A stretch of DNA of 64,000 bases from a virus (taxonomy: Duplodnaviria; Caudoviricetes), in IMG/VR virus record IMGVR_UViG_2842447887_000002, positions 930 through 64,929 of that record. The stretch is one strand, 5' to 3'. Position numbers and translations under genes: made by a program. Below are positions 1-9,598 of the stretch, piece after piece. The notes under the pieces were generated by a model that had not been told where the DNA came from, ran no database searches, and was given only the letters and a program-made list of their open reading frames with translations. Within the stretch, counting starts at the first letter, position 1. The number at the start of each line of letters is the position of its first letter.

Positions 1-13
1 GTTTTCGGTCGGC

Positions 14-526
14 TCATCGGCCTCGCCTCCATTGCTCGAAATCGCCGCGCAGGCCCTTCCAGCGCCGGGCGGCGGCCTCGTCGCTGTCGAGCTCGGTGAG
101 CGACTGGATCCGGAGGATGGTGTGGATGCGGGTTTTTATGCGCTCGAAATCGGTGGCGTCGGGCAAAGCGTGGCGCTCGATCAGGTATTGGCGGAAGGCC
201 TGGTCGTTCTTGCACTTCATCGCGCATTCGGCGGCGTAGCGCTTGGGCTTCGGATGGTTGCCGGCGAGATCGCGATAGGCGCGGCGGCAGCGATCGAGGA
301 GATCGAGCGTCAGCGCCGTGGCGTCGGCTGCGGCGACGATGAAGTTGAGGAAGGGCGCCGGCGCATCGGCGGCAAAGGTGGCGACCGGCCGCGGCAGGCC
401 GTCGGCCGGATCGCGCACCATCAGGCGCGTGACCTCGCCATCGGCTTCGGCCCACCAGTCGCGGCCGACCATCTCCAACGACAGCCGGGTCTGCTCGAGC
501 CTGCGCTTTTCCTCCTCGGTCGCCAT
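14..526 (-). CDS. Phage hypothetical protein
   Basis: 170-aa ORF, first of a chain of abutting minus-strand genes. Confidence 0.7.
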   Translation of the reverse strand: MATEEEKRRLEQTRLSLEMVGRDWWAEADGEVTRLMVRDPADGLPRPVATFAADAPAPFLNFIVAAADATALTLDLLDRCRRAYRDLAGNHPKPKRYAAECAMKCKNDQAFRQYLIERHALPDATDFERIKTRIHTILRIQSLTELDSDEAAARRWKGLRGDFEQWRRGR

Positions 527-804
527 CAGGGGTTTTTCGCCTCCGCAATGAGCGTTTGGGGCTTCCGAGCATCCATCATCTCGCGCGTTTCGAACATCGG
601 ATGTCCCGCGTTTGGGAAATCCTTAGCCCAATGAAGCTGTCCGACTGCATCGTAAATTTGGTCTTTGCACTCGCCGCAATACCAGGCGTAGGAGCCGTGG
701 TTGTACCAGTCGGCGGGGGAGCATTGGCAGCGCGTGCGATTGCAGCTTCCGCCTTCCTTGCCTTTGTCCGGCCTGTCCGGCCCGTCATAGTCGCCATAGG
801 CCAT
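526..804 (-). CDS. Small Cys-rich phage protein
   Basis: CNRTRC and CGEC motifs; abuts both neighbours. Confidence 0.7.
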   Translation of the reverse strand: MAYGDYDGPDRPDKGKEGGSCNRTRCQCSPADWYNHGSYAWYCGECKDQIYDAVGQLHWAKDFPNAGHPMFETREMMDARKPQTLIAEAKNP

Positions 805-1265
805 CAGTCATATCCCCACGATTTTGCGATGGCGACGAAGCGGTCATATTTGGGCCGGTCGGGATGCAATGGGCCGACAGGGCGGCCGGAAAGTTCCGAG
901 ATGGGTGTACCTATCGGCTCGTCAGGATCGCGGCCGCTGGCGAATGAAATCGAGACATCGCCTTCGCAGGGTCCGTAGCCGCTCCAATCGAAGGGCGCAT
1001 CGTTGCCGCACTCGATGCAGAAATGACGACGTTCGCACTGGTCATATCCATAGTCGGGATGTTCGCAGCAGTTGATGCAGATCGCGGCACCGGGATTGTA
1101 TTCGTCCCACGTGTAGATTTCGGCGCGATCGCCGCACACGCGGCAGGGTGGGTTATAGTGCCCGAGCTGGATCATGAAGCCCGGAACATAGAAGATCGCG
1201 CCCATGCCGATCCTGACGACACTCGGCCGCCAGCTCCAAAATAGCATCCGGCGAACCTTAAGCAT
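804..1265 (-). CDS. Putative Zn-binding phage protein
   Basis: Several CxxC pairs (CRVC, CINC, CIEC); start uncertain. Confidence 0.55.
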   Translation of the reverse strand: MLKVRRMLFWSWRPSVVRIGMGAIFYVPGFMIQLGHYNPPCRVCGDRAEIYTWDEYNPGAAICINCCEHPDYGYDQCERRHFCIECGNDAPFDWSGYGPCEGDVSISFASGRDPDEPIGTPISELSGRPVGPLHPDRPKYDRFVAIAKSWGYD

Positions 1266-1731
1266 CGGCGCTGCCCTCCGTTGCGGTGGTGACGAGGGCA
1301 GACAGGATGCGGCGCTCATAGTCGGCCTGGGCGGCGGCTTTGGCTTTTTCGAGTGTGGCGAAATTCGTGCGTCCATCGCTGTCGCGGAGCACTTCGCCCT
1401 TGATGCTTACCGACCAGCCGCCGTTCGCGGCCTGGTTCAGACGGATGACGCCCGCAACGGAATAAACTTCCGGAGTGCCGTAGCTGGTTTCTGCCCAATC
1501 CAGCGGCTTCACCACATATTGCGTGGCCGGTGTGGGCTGGCTCTTGAGCCGTTCCGCCATCATCGCATCGGCCAACGCATAGGCCTGCTGCGCCGTCACT
1601 CTCAGCGCAACAGCGTATGACACGTCCTCACGGCCAGCCGTGACCTTCTCATTGATGACAACGAACTGCGGCAACGCCTGGCCAGCAAACCAATCGCGAA
1701 GATCCACAAGGGGGATGAGGTGATCGCTCAT
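1258..1731 (-). CDS. Phage hypothetical protein
   Basis: RDWFAGQAL...QQAYALADAMMAER motif common in phage early genes. Confidence 0.7.
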   Translation of the reverse strand: MSDHLIPLVDLRDWFAGQALPQFVVINEKVTAGREDVSYAVALRVTAQQAYALADAMMAERLKSQPTPATQYVVKPLDWAETSYGTPEVYSVAGVIRLNQAANGGWSVSIKGEVLRDSDGRTNFATLEKAKAAAQADYERRILSALVTTATEGSADA

Positions 1732-2306
1732 GGCTTGCCGGCCTCGCTGGCGCGATCGAGGCGCTCAATTTCCGCAATAAGGAGGGCAGCCGCGCGGACC
1801 AGATCCCGGCGGCGATCCTTTGGCTTCCACCATTCATCCGACCAGGGCCAGCGCGCCGGCGGCCGGTCTCCAAAGGCCAGCTTCACAGCGGCCTTGATGC
1901 CCTCCATGCCCTTCTCGGCCTCTTTGCGCGCATCGGCCACAGCTTCGTATTTTGCCGGCCGCTCTGGGATCCTGTAAGTCACGCCATGAAGGGCATAGCA
2001 GGCGGCAGCGCCGGCCATTTCGCCGGCGCTGTGTTCGTCATCGTGCGCCGGTGTCCAGCCCTCGGCCCCGATCTGGCGGCGGCGCTCGGCAGCAACGTGC
2101 AGCAACGCTTGAGATACAGCAATCTGTTGCTGCGGCACCGGTGCCGTCGACATGGCCTTGATCGCGATCAGCTGCAGCTTCTCTACCTGGTCCTGTTCGG
2201 CGACGTCCTCTAAGGTGTCGGGCATTGCGATCTCAAGGAGCGCATTCCAGAACTGCACCGCCAAAGAGCTGATCCGCTCTTCCGTCGAATTGAATTCAGT
2301 GGTCAT
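1728..2306 (-). CDS. Phage early protein (Ead/Ea22-like C-terminal domain)
   Basis: VAAERRRQIGAEGWTPAHDDEH...AAACYA...WPW...WWKPKDRRRDLVRAAALL. Confidence 0.65.
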   Translation of the reverse strand: MTTEFNSTEERISSLAVQFWNALLEIAMPDTLEDVAEQDQVEKLQLIAIKAMSTAPVPQQQIAVSQALLHVAAERRRQIGAEGWTPAHDDEHSAGEMAGAAACYALHGVTYRIPERPAKYEAVADARKEAEKGMEGIKAAVKLAFGDRPPARWPWSDEWWKPKDRRRDLVRAAALLIAEIERLDRASEAGKP

Positions 2307-2848
2307 GCGATCTCCCTCGCGCTCTGGAACATGATCGGCTGCTGGTCGCGCGGGATGCGGTGCTGGCCGCGGGCCATCGGGTGTTTGGGAAAACCGTCCT
2401 TCGTCAGGCCGAGGCAGACGAGGTCGACGAGTTGCTGGCGGGCGCGGGTCATCAGCCACTGGTCGCGGCCGCGGTAATCGCCGCCGGCGCCCCAGGCGGC
2501 GAGCATCGGCGTATTCTGGTGGCGGGCGATGATGAAGGCGCGGTCGATAAAATCGTCGCAGCGCGGTCCGATGGAATCCTTGGCCTGCATCATCTCCTTC
2601 GGCGAGGAGGAGCGCCAGGCGTGCAGGTTGACGATCAGGATGCCGCCATAGCCCCAGAGCTTGGCAAACCAGATCAGGGCAAGCACGGTCGGGTCATTGC
2701 GGGTGTGATCGGCGTCCGACGGGTTGAGCATGCAGACGACGAGGAGCGGCTTGCCGGCGTCCCAGACGCGGCGCAGCTCGTCGCGGTAAAGGGTGCAGTC
2801 GGAGATCTCGGCGGCCATCTGCATGGCGGGGAAGAGGTCGAGGGTCAT
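2303..2848 (-). CDS. DUF1643 family protein
   Basis: CMLNPSDADHTRNDPT...YGGILIVNL...AAWG...GFPKHP signature. Confidence 0.85.
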   Translation of the reverse strand: MTLDLFPAMQMAAEISDCTLYRDELRRVWDAGKPLLVVCMLNPSDADHTRNDPTVLALIWFAKLWGYGGILIVNLHAWRSSSPKEMMQAKDSIGPRCDDFIDRAFIIARHQNTPMLAAWGAGGDYRGRDQWLMTRARQQLVDLVCLGLTKDGFPKHPMARGQHRIPRDQQPIMFQSAREIA

Positions 2849-3327
2849 GAGCGACCCTCCTGGAGGCCCGCCCGGGCGGCGATCAGCCGGCGAAGGGTTT
2901 CGGCGGCTTGGTGGATGGATTTGCGGGCGCGCAGCTGCGCCAAGCGGACGCGGTTCAGCCTCGGCGAAAACCAGCCGCGGGCGGCATACATGAGGATATC
3001 GAATTCTGGTTGGAGCGGCTGCGAATCCCAGATCGGGAGCCGCCCCATCATCACCACGGCGCCGTGACACCAGAGATCCCGGAACATCTCCAGCACCGTG
3101 CACTGCACCGGATCCTCGCCGGAGTGGTAATAGGCGGGCTTACCCGGATCATCGAAGCCGAAGAAGCAGATCAGGCCGGTGTCATGGTTCCACATCGACG
3201 GATGGTTCAGGGTCCCGTTCCAGACGCCGCCATGCGTCCAGAGGGTGACGTCGGCAAGATCGCCGAGCAGCTCGGGGATGCCGGGAACGACCTTGAGGAG
3301 GTCGGCGTCGAAATCGTCGCACCACAT
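2845..3327 (-). CDS. Hypothetical protein
   Basis: ORF overlapping the DUF1643 start; ATG at 3327. Confidence 0.55.
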   Translation of the reverse strand: MWCDDFDADLLKVVPGIPELLGDLADVTLWTHGGVWNGTLNHPSMWNHDTGLICFFGFDDPGKPAYYHSGEDPVQCTVLEMFRDLWCHGAVVMMGRLPIWDSQPLQPEFDILMYAARGWFSPRLNRVRLAQLRARKSIHQAAETLRRLIAARAGLQEGRS

Positions 3328-3341
3328 GGGTCTCGCCTCGG

Positions 3342-3668
3342 TCAATGGCGTCGCCCTCCATGCTTCGCCGGCATTTGATCGGCGCCGTCCTCTGCGATGT
3401 CCCTGGCGATATCGAACGCCTGCGGGAGATAGACCGCGATCATCCTCTGCAGCCCGAGATGATCCGAGGTCTGGGAACCGAGAACGCCTGCCACGGTGAC
3501 GCAAATGGAGGTGAACAGGGATTCGAACCGTCTTTCGCTCGACAGCGAGGCAAAGGCGGGATGGTTATTCATATGGTCGATGACGACGGTCACCAGCGCT
3601 ACGCGCAGGTCCTCTGTCGATGCGTCAAAAGGATCGCTCGGGTCGAAAGGCTTTTCCTGTTCGCTCAT
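3342..3668 (-). CDS. Hypothetical protein
   Basis: Coupled ORF in the leftward operon. Confidence 0.6.
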   Translation of the reverse strand: MSEQEKPFDPSDPFDASTEDLRVALVTVVIDHMNNHPAFASLSSERRFESLFTSICVTVAGVLGSQTSDHLGLQRMIAVYLPQAFDIARDIAEDGADQMPAKHGGRRH

Positions 3669-3883
3669 ATCAACGATCCCCTGTCTCTTGTTCGGCGGCA
3701 ATCCGGGCAGAAGTGCTGCCAGGCGCCGGCGTGTTTCTCGATCAGCCAGCGGGCGATCTTGGCGACGCGGACGGCCTTGTCGCGGGCGGCGCGCGGATCG
3801 GCATCCATCACGGACTCCATCGATGTCGGGCAGCTGTCGCAGACAATGCGCGCCGTGCCGGCGACGGGATCGGCCTTCAGCAT
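3665..3883 (-). CDS. Small Zn-ribbon protein
   Basis: CDSC ... HFCPDC motifs. Confidence 0.6.
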   Translation of the reverse strand: MLKADPVAGTARIVCDSCPTSMESVMDADPRAARDKAVRVAKIARWLIEKHAGAWQHFCPDCRRTRDRGSLI

Positions 3884-4659
3884 GGGCTCGGCTCCGCGAC
3901 CGCGTCGATATTGCGCTTGTCGACGGTGAAGGCGTAGGCGATCACCCATGGATTGGCTTTCCAGGATTCGATGCCGTTGATCATGATCCAGAGCGAGCGG
4001 AAGCTTTCCCTCGGGTCGCCGTGATAATTTGCCGGAGTGACGCCGTCGGCTTCATAGAAGGCCGTGGCGTAGGGCATCCAGCCGGATTTGTGGCGCTCGA
4101 TGCCCTCGGCGATCGCGTCCGCCTCGCTGATATCCTGCAGCCGCTCGATCCTGATGCCGGTGACGGTGAGTGTGATGCGCGACGCCCAGCGAGGCAGGTG
4201 GATACTGGGGCGCAGCTTCATGTGGCGACTAATCACCTTCGGCGACAACTGGCCAGACAGCCGCTCCATCGAAGCCTTGTGATCTGCGACTGCCACCAAG
4301 TCCTCGGCGTAAACCGCGAACTCCTCGTGCCCGTCGTCGGTCAGGTAGTGGTTTTCTTTGACCCAAATGCGGTCGCCCGGCTGGATCTTCGGATAGATGC
4401 GATGTGTGGTGCCCGCGAACGCATCATCCCCGGAAAGCCATGGCAGCTTGAGATAGGGGCCGGCATTGCCCATTGGCGACGGGCCTTCGTCGACCCATGC
4501 CTTTTCCCAATCCCACTGCTGCGCCTTCGCCAGCTTCGTCCAGGGGCGGCCGTCGAACAGCGTGTTCGCCGGCGTAAGGGTGCGGCGCGTGTTCGTTTTG
4601 CGATCGTCGAGCTCGGCGCGCACCATGGCGCCGGAGAAGAGCATCGGGTGGTCGGTCAT
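3877..4659 (-). CDS. Phage ASCH/PUA-like protein
   Basis: MLFSGAMVRAELDDRKTNTRR, QPGDRIWVKE, RPSIHLPRWASRITL...ERLQDISEADAIAEG, W..NPWV. Confidence 0.8.
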   Translation of the reverse strand: MTDHPMLFSGAMVRAELDDRKTNTRRTLTPANTLFDGRPWTKLAKAQQWDWEKAWVDEGPSPMGNAGPYLKLPWLSGDDAFAGTTHRIYPKIQPGDRIWVKENHYLTDDGHEEFAVYAEDLVAVADHKASMERLSGQLSPKVISRHMKLRPSIHLPRWASRITLTVTGIRIERLQDISEADAIAEGIERHKSGWMPYATAFYEADGVTPANYHGDPRESFRSLWIMINGIESWKANPWVIAYAFTVDKRNIDAVAEPSPC

Positions 4660-5066
4660 TGCACATCTCCTTTGCGGGGAATGTTGGGATGGCGGACGCC
4701 GTCCGTCTCCCATTCCGTGCGGATGGCGATGCCCTCGCGAACGCGCCTGGCGAGGGCGGCCGGCAGACCCTCGACGACGGCGTGCAGCACAATCCCGTGC
4801 CGCTCGATCGGCGTGGCGCTGATGGCGTAACTCGCCAGCCGTACCGCCATCTCGCCGCAGAAGATCTCGTCGTATGGCATGCACTCTTCGAAGATCACCT
4901 CCATGCATTTGCGCATGGCATTCTGGGCGGCGATGATCTTGTCGATATCCGGATGGGTCGTGACGCCCGAGCTGCGGACTTTGGCGGCCGTGAGCCGATC
5001 GGTGTCGTCGCGAACCTTTGCGAAAATCCGCCTGATGTTTGCGCGGTCCTGGTTGGTGACTTTCAT
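4656..5066 (-). CDS. Hypothetical protein
   Basis: Coupled ORF with ATGA overlaps. Confidence 0.6.
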   Translation of the reverse strand: MKVTNQDRANIRRIFAKVRDDTDRLTAAKVRSSGVTTHPDIDKIIAAQNAMRKCMEVIFEECMPYDEIFCGEMAVRLASYAISATPIERHGIVLHAVVEGLPAALARRVREGIAIRTEWETDGVRHPNIPRKGDVQ

Positions 5067-5530
5067 CGTGCGCCCACTTCGGCGCGCTGCTGCCGCGCGG
5101 CGGCGAACATGCTGATCGGCGGCAGGCTGATCGCCGCGCGGACGGTGCGCGTGGCGCCTGATTTGTCGATCGTGGTGGCGGTGATGCCGATGACGATCTT
5201 GTCGTCGCGGATGTCGGTATCGGGAATTTCGGGAATGAGGCCGTGGGTGCGGCAGAAGCACCAGGCGCAGCCGACCGTGCGGCCATAGTGGCGGTCGATA
5301 TCGGAATAGCTCATGCCGCTGCGCAACAGCTGCTTCACTTCCTCGACGGCGAACGGCCGAACCTTGCCGCGTTCCGGCGCGACGGCGGCGAGCAGGCCGA
5401 GCTCGGCCAGCTTTTCGCCGAGCGTCGTGCGGTGGACCTGATAGCGCTGGAGGATCTGGGCGCGGGTCAGGCCCTCGGCCACCAGCTGGCTCAGGGTCTC
5501 GTCATCAGGCAGCTTCTTCGGTTTCGTCAT
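5063..5530 (-). CDS. Putative double-HTH DNA-binding protein
   Basis: Two HTH-like segments (GLTRAQILQRYQVHRTTL; GMSYSDIDRHYG). Confidence 0.6.
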   Translation of the reverse strand: MTKPKKLPDDETLSQLVAEGLTRAQILQRYQVHRTTLGEKLAELGLLAAVAPERGKVRPFAVEEVKQLLRSGMSYSDIDRHYGRTVGCAWCFCRTHGLIPEIPDTDIRDDKIVIGITATTIDKSGATRTVRAAISLPPISMFAAARQQRAEVGAR

Positions 5531-6594
5531 TCTGCGGCCTCCTTGGTGAAATGGGCGGGTAGGGGCGGGTAGCCGTTGTGCTCGACGCCTGAGAGCTTGC
5601 GGCCGGCGCGGGATTTGGTGACGCGGAACATGCCGATCGGCTCGCGCATGCCGTCGCAGCTGGGCTTGGCCTGGCGGCCGTCGACGTCGAGCCAGATGGC
5701 GTCGTTCGTCACCATGCTGCTGTCGTGATGGCCGTTCTCGGCGCTGGCGACGATCCAGTTGCCCCATTGCTTGAAGAGGAAGGGCACCTCGGCCGCCACG
5801 CATTGATCGCGCAGCGCGTAGACCCAATGCGGGTGCATCGGGCGGCAGCCCAGGCCGCTTTCGCCGCCGGCGACGACCCAATCGAGCCCTCGGGAGTGCC
5901 AGTCGTTTCTACCCCATGAGCGCAGAAAGCTTCTGCCGGAGTCCTCGTTGACGGCGCCGTCCTTGTCGAGATCGAGCGGGCCGAGCAGCGGCTCGGCGCT
6001 GATCCATCGGATGGCGGCCGGCGTGTCGAGCAGGATCGGAATGCGTTCCTCGGCGCGCTTCTGGTCTTCGACCGAGACGCCGAGCCAGAGCTGCGGCCAG
6101 AAGCCGGCATGGGAGGGGGCAGAGATCGGAATGCTGCCGAGATGACGGCGCTGCGATCGCAGTGGGTCGGCGGCCCTGAGTATGCGGCCATAGGTCTCGG
6201 AGCTGCGGATATATTCCCGCATCCGCTCCGGCCGCTTGGTCAGCACCTGAAAAATGTGCTGCGGCGCCAGCGCCATGACGGCAAAAACCTTGTCGATCCA
6301 TTCGTCGGGCACGCCCTCGGCGAAGAGATCGCCATGGGCGCAGACGAAGATCATGCGCGGGCGCGACCAGGTAAGCGGCTGGGTGAGCCACTGCTCATTG
6401 AAGCGCACCTCGCCAGTCCAGACCGGGCCGGCCTTGCTGTCGCGGGTGAGGCCGGCGCGGCTCGGATGATGCTGCAGGCGCGTGCCGGCGAGCTTCATGG
6501 CGTAGCAGTTGGTGCAGCCGGGGGAGACGATGGCGCAGCCGGTGATCGGGTTCCAGGTGGCGTCGGTCCATTCGATCTTGGTGCCGTCAGACAT
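5527..6594 (-). CDS. DUF5131 / phage Gp37Gp68 radical-SAM-like protein
   Basis: TKIEWTDATWNPITGC..VSPGCTNCYA, LTKRPERM, WLGVSVE, SAEPLLG, GGESG, FKQWG. Confidence 0.9.
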   Translation of the reverse strand: MSDGTKIEWTDATWNPITGCAIVSPGCTNCYAMKLAGTRLQHHPSRAGLTRDSKAGPVWTGEVRFNEQWLTQPLTWSRPRMIFVCAHGDLFAEGVPDEWIDKVFAVMALAPQHIFQVLTKRPERMREYIRSSETYGRILRAADPLRSQRRHLGSIPISAPSHAGFWPQLWLGVSVEDQKRAEERIPILLDTPAAIRWISAEPLLGPLDLDKDGAVNEDSGRSFLRSWGRNDWHSRGLDWVVAGGESGLGCRPMHPHWVYALRDQCVAAEVPFLFKQWGNWIVASAENGHHDSSMVTNDAIWLDVDGRQAKPSCDGMREPIGMFRVTKSRAGRKLSGVEHNGYPPLPAHFTKEAAE

Positions 6595-7129
6595 GGGTGC
6601 GCTCCTGCTTGCTGTCGGTCTCGCAGGGCGCATGCTTTCCGCCGCCGAAGACGTAGTCCCGCCAGTGCGTCCAGCACCAGCGACCGTTGCGCTTCTTGAG
6701 AAAACCCCACGCGCGGCCGCCGCGGCCGCGCCAAACGATGGTGACGATCCTGCGGCCGTCGACATCGGGAACGAGTGCGAAGCCTCCATCCGGGCCGGTG
6801 GTGCCGGTATACCCCTTGTCAGGCGCAGCGCGTCCGAGAACGCGATGGCAGTGCGTCGCCGGGCGATAATGAAGCCGGAAGGCGCGCACCAGCTGCCGGC
6901 GCTTCCTGAAGGTGCCCCGGATCGGATCCCATTCGGCAACCTCTTCCACATACGAAGTGAGCGGGAACGTCCAGAACTGCCACGGATGATCATGGCAGTC
7001 CGGATCTGCATCGCCCCGATGGAAGATGTGAAGACAAAGCCGGCCGACCCATGCGCGGGTCAGGTAGGGCGTTTCGTGCTCGCCGTGGGCGCCGTAGATC
7101 GTTGCGAAGCCAATGAAGCGGTCAGCCAC
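6587..7129 (-). CDS. Cupin-like phage protein (HDHPW family)
   Basis: PYLTR...LHIFHRGDADPDCHDHPW; GTG start overlaps the upstream stop. Confidence 0.65.
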   Translation of the reverse strand: MADRFIGFATIYGAHGEHETPYLTRAWVGRLCLHIFHRGDADPDCHDHPWQFWTFPLTSYVEEVAEWDPIRGTFRKRRQLVRAFRLHYRPATHCHRVLGRAAPDKGYTGTTGPDGGFALVPDVDGRRIVTIVWRGRGGRAWGFLKKRNGRWCWTHWRDYVFGGGKHAPCETDSKQERTHV

Positions 7130-7649
7130 CGACGTGCTCCGTCTTAGCGGCGATATCGCCATAACGGCATGTGTCGGCCTTGCCATCCGTCGGCTCGCCG
7201 GTGTTGATGTCGACGACGGGTGAGCCCTCGAGGCAGGCGGCGTGGCAGATGCCCATCTCGATATCGGTGGCGCAGATATCGTCATCCTTCATCGCGACGC
7301 CGCAGATCGAGCATTCATAGCAGTCGTCGTCGACTGCGGCCTTGCGGGCGTCCTCCTCGAGCATCGCCTGCCAGCGTCGAAAGCCGTCGAGCTTGCGGTC
7401 GACACGCGCCTGGTCAAGCCCGTCCCCGACAATCTCGCGCAGCCATTGGGTGGCGGCCAGCACGTCGGCGATCTCGTCGAACAGCGCCTTGCGGTTCCAC
7501 TTGCCGGTTCCGGGGTCGCTTTCATTCAGACCCTGAATGGTGCAGCGGAAGAGGATGGCGGCGAGCTCGCTGGCTTCCTCGCCGGCCTTGCCGAGCGCCT
7601 GGTGAATGATGAGGTTCGGCTCGGGTTTCCAGAGGGTGATGTCGCTCAT
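7122..7649 (-). CDS. MazG-like nucleotide pyrophosphohydrolase fold with C-terminal Cys domain
   Basis: GKAGEEASEL...EIADV motif. Confidence 0.6.
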   Translation of the reverse strand: MSDITLWKPEPNLIIHQALGKAGEEASELAAILFRCTIQGLNESDPGTGKWNRKALFDEIADVLAATQWLREIVGDGLDQARVDRKLDGFRRWQAMLEEDARKAAVDDDCYECSICGVAMKDDDICATDIEMGICHAACLEGSPVVDINTGEPTDGKADTCRYGDIAAKTEHVGG

Positions 7650-8347
7650 CAGCAGTCACCGATGCCGGTCGACGGATCGAAGTCGTCGATGATGAACTTC
7701 GTGCCGCAGCAATAGGCGGAGAAGATCATCTTCTGATACTTGTCCATGCCGCCCATGACGATTGTCTTGGAGGCGTCCTTCTTGTTGATGGACAGGCTGA
7801 ATATCTCCCCGGTCGGGGTGACGCCGAACCGCAGCTCGCAGGAATATTTGTCCTGGCGTTCCTCCGGGTCGATCGAAATCCAGTAATAACCGCTCGTCAG
7901 CCGGCTGCTGCTATCCTCGATGACGCAGGTAATGTGGGAGCCATACCGGTCATGTTCATCGACATCGTTGAAGAGCGCCTCAAGGACCTCGGTAAGCTTG
8001 AGCTCCTTCGGCGCGATCGAAAGAATGTCCTCCATCTCGGCCGCAAGCTTTTCGTTGACCAGCTGGCCGAGGTGCTCGTCGAGCTTCTGGCGCAACAGGG
8101 CCATGACCATGGTGCCATAGGCCGGCACGTCGAGCGGTTCGCGGAGATGCAAAGCCTCCTTGATGGCCGTCTCGATCTGCTTGCGGATTTCGCCGAAGCG
8201 GAAGGCGCTGTCGACCGTGTCTGAGATCACAGACGCGATCTTCTTGTCGACCATGGCACGGATGGAGTCCTGGCTGGTCTGCCGGTGCACCTCGGCGACG
8301 ACGAAATCGGCAAGAGTGCCTTCAGTTGCTGGTGCGGTATCCATCAT
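7649..8347 (-). CDS. Hypothetical protein
   Basis: 232-aa coupled ORF. Confidence 0.7.
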   Translation of the reverse strand: MMDTAPATEGTLADFVVAEVHRQTSQDSIRAMVDKKIASVISDTVDSAFRFGEIRKQIETAIKEALHLREPLDVPAYGTMVMALLRQKLDEHLGQLVNEKLAAEMEDILSIAPKELKLTEVLEALFNDVDEHDRYGSHITCVIEDSSSRLTSGYYWISIDPEERQDKYSCELRFGVTPTGEIFSLSINKKDASKTIVMGGMDKYQKMIFSAYCCGTKFIIDDFDPSTGIGDC

Positions 8348-8490
8348 CCGTTCCCCTTCACGCGTTTGATTTTGGTGATGATGCCGTCGTGCTGGGCGCC
8401 GGCGGATCTTCCGGCGGCCGTCGCGTCGGCGGCGGATATGTCGAGCTTGGTTCCGTCCTCGAAATGGACGCGGAAGAGCGTGTCAGCCAT
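8344..8490 (-). CDS. Small conserved phage protein
   Basis: MADTLFRVHFEDGTKLDISA..., overlaps both neighbours. Confidence 0.6.
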   Translation of the reverse strand: MADTLFRVHFEDGTKLDISAADATAAGRSAGAQHDGIITKIKRVKGNG

Positions 8491-8755
8491 GAGCGGCCTC
8501 CGGCGGGTAACCGGCGTGGACGTTGAGGGCGAGCACCAGCAGCGTGGCGATATCGGTGACCTCGCTGTCGGGGCGCTCGCGGTTGGTGTCGATGACGAAA
8601 ACCATCTTGCCGTCAGCGTCGATGATCGTGCCGCAATAGGCGGTGTCGTGGCGCAGCGGCATGCGGACAGCGAGGCCGGCCATCGCCGAAGTGAAGAGCG
8701 TCGAAACGAATTGGGCGGCCGCAGCCGGCGGCTTCTTGAGGGCGCTAGTGGCCAT
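8483..8755 (-). CDS. Hypothetical protein
   Basis: Coupled 90-aa ORF. Confidence 0.6.
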   Translation of the reverse strand: MATSALKKPPAAAAQFVSTLFTSAMAGLAVRMPLRHDTAYCGTIIDADGKMVFVIDTNRERPDSEVTDIATLLVLALNVHAGYPPEAAHG

Positions 8756-9095
8756 GCTGGCTTCCCTCCCGATCGGCGATCGCTTTGGCCGCGGCGTTGC
8801 GCAGCGGCCGGTCGGCGGTGCGGCAGCCCTTGGCGTCGATCACCGAAATCAGCGCGTGGCAGATGCTGGTGATGACCTCGTCGCTGACGAGCTCGGCGAC
8901 ATCGCCGCCATTCTCCAGCAGGATCATGTTGGCGGCGTTTAGCTCTAGATTGGCCGACGCCATGTTTTCCATGGCGTTGCCGATATAGGCATGGCCCTTG
9001 GCCGTCGTCTCGGCCTCGACGAGATCGTCGATATCGCAGACGAGGCGCAGCATCGGGCGCGCGGGGCGGACGGGGAAGTGGACTATCTCCGCCAT
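8745..9095 (-). CDS. Hypothetical protein
   Basis: MAEIVHFPVR start typical of phage small proteins. Confidence 0.6.
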   Translation of the reverse strand: MAEIVHFPVRPARPMLRLVCDIDDLVEAETTAKGHAYIGNAMENMASANLELNAANMILLENGGDVAELVSDEVITSICHALISVIDAKGCRTADRPLRNAAAKAIADREGSQHGH

Positions 9096-9097
9096 GG

Positions 9098-9247
9098 TCA
9101 GCGTCTCCCCGCGCGACGCGGCGCGCGGTTGGACACCAGGCGGAGCGCTGCGGGCGCTTCCTCCTCGCGGCGGCAGCGGCCGGAAAGCGCGCAGCAAAAC
9201 CAGGCTGCGAGGGCGGAGAAGAGCAGGTAGGCGATGAGGACATTCAT
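9098..9247 (-). CDS. 49-aa small membrane protein (not in ORF track)
   Basis: MNVLIAYLLFSALAAWFCCALSG hydrophobic N-terminus; fills the gap in the operon. Confidence 0.55.
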   Translation of the reverse strand: MNVLIAYLLFSALAAWFCCALSGRCRREEEAPAALRLVSNRAPRRAGRR

Positions 9248-9251
9248 GAGG

Positions 9252-9353
9252 TCACCTCAGGTAGATGTCTTTGAGGAGGATGGCGGCCGCGACGGCAATC
9301 ACCACGATAGCGACGGGTCCGCACAGTGCGCCGATGTCTTGCAGCCAGCCCAT
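9252..9353 (-). CDS. 33-aa single-TM peptide, copy A
   Basis: MGWLQDIGALCGPVAIVVIAVAAAILLKDIYLR; paralogue of 9935-10036. Confidence 0.6.
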   Translation of the reverse strand: MGWLQDIGALCGPVAIVVIAVAAAILLKDIYLR

Positions 9354-9355
9354 GG

Positions 9356-9598
9356 TCACACCCGCGCCGCGTTCGCGAAATCGGCGTATAGCTCTGCCGC
9401 CGCGAACCTATCGAGATGACCTCTGCAGAAACGGGTCATGCACTCCGAGGCATCCATGCGGGTCCAGTATTCCCCCGCGTAGATTACCCATGAAACGTCC
9501 ACGACGAACACCTGGCCACCCACGGCGATGTGAGTGCTGAATGTGGGGCCGAGCCGAGGAGCCCGGCCGAGCAAGCCGAAGCTGATGGTCGCGCTCAT
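9356..9598 (-). CDS. Hypothetical protein
   Basis: Coupled ORF ending ...AARV. Confidence 0.55.
   Translation of the reverse strand: MSATISFGLLGRAPRLGPTFSTHIAVGGQVFVVDVSWVIYAGEYWTRMDASECMTRFCRGHLDRFAAAELYADFANAARV

Noticed and set aside
6595-7011. N-terminal extension of the DUF5131 ORF, and similar extensions on 3877-5286, 17185-19413, 25315-25941 and 56146-57552
   Set aside because: They overlap upstream genes in other frames; family motifs start at the downstream ATG
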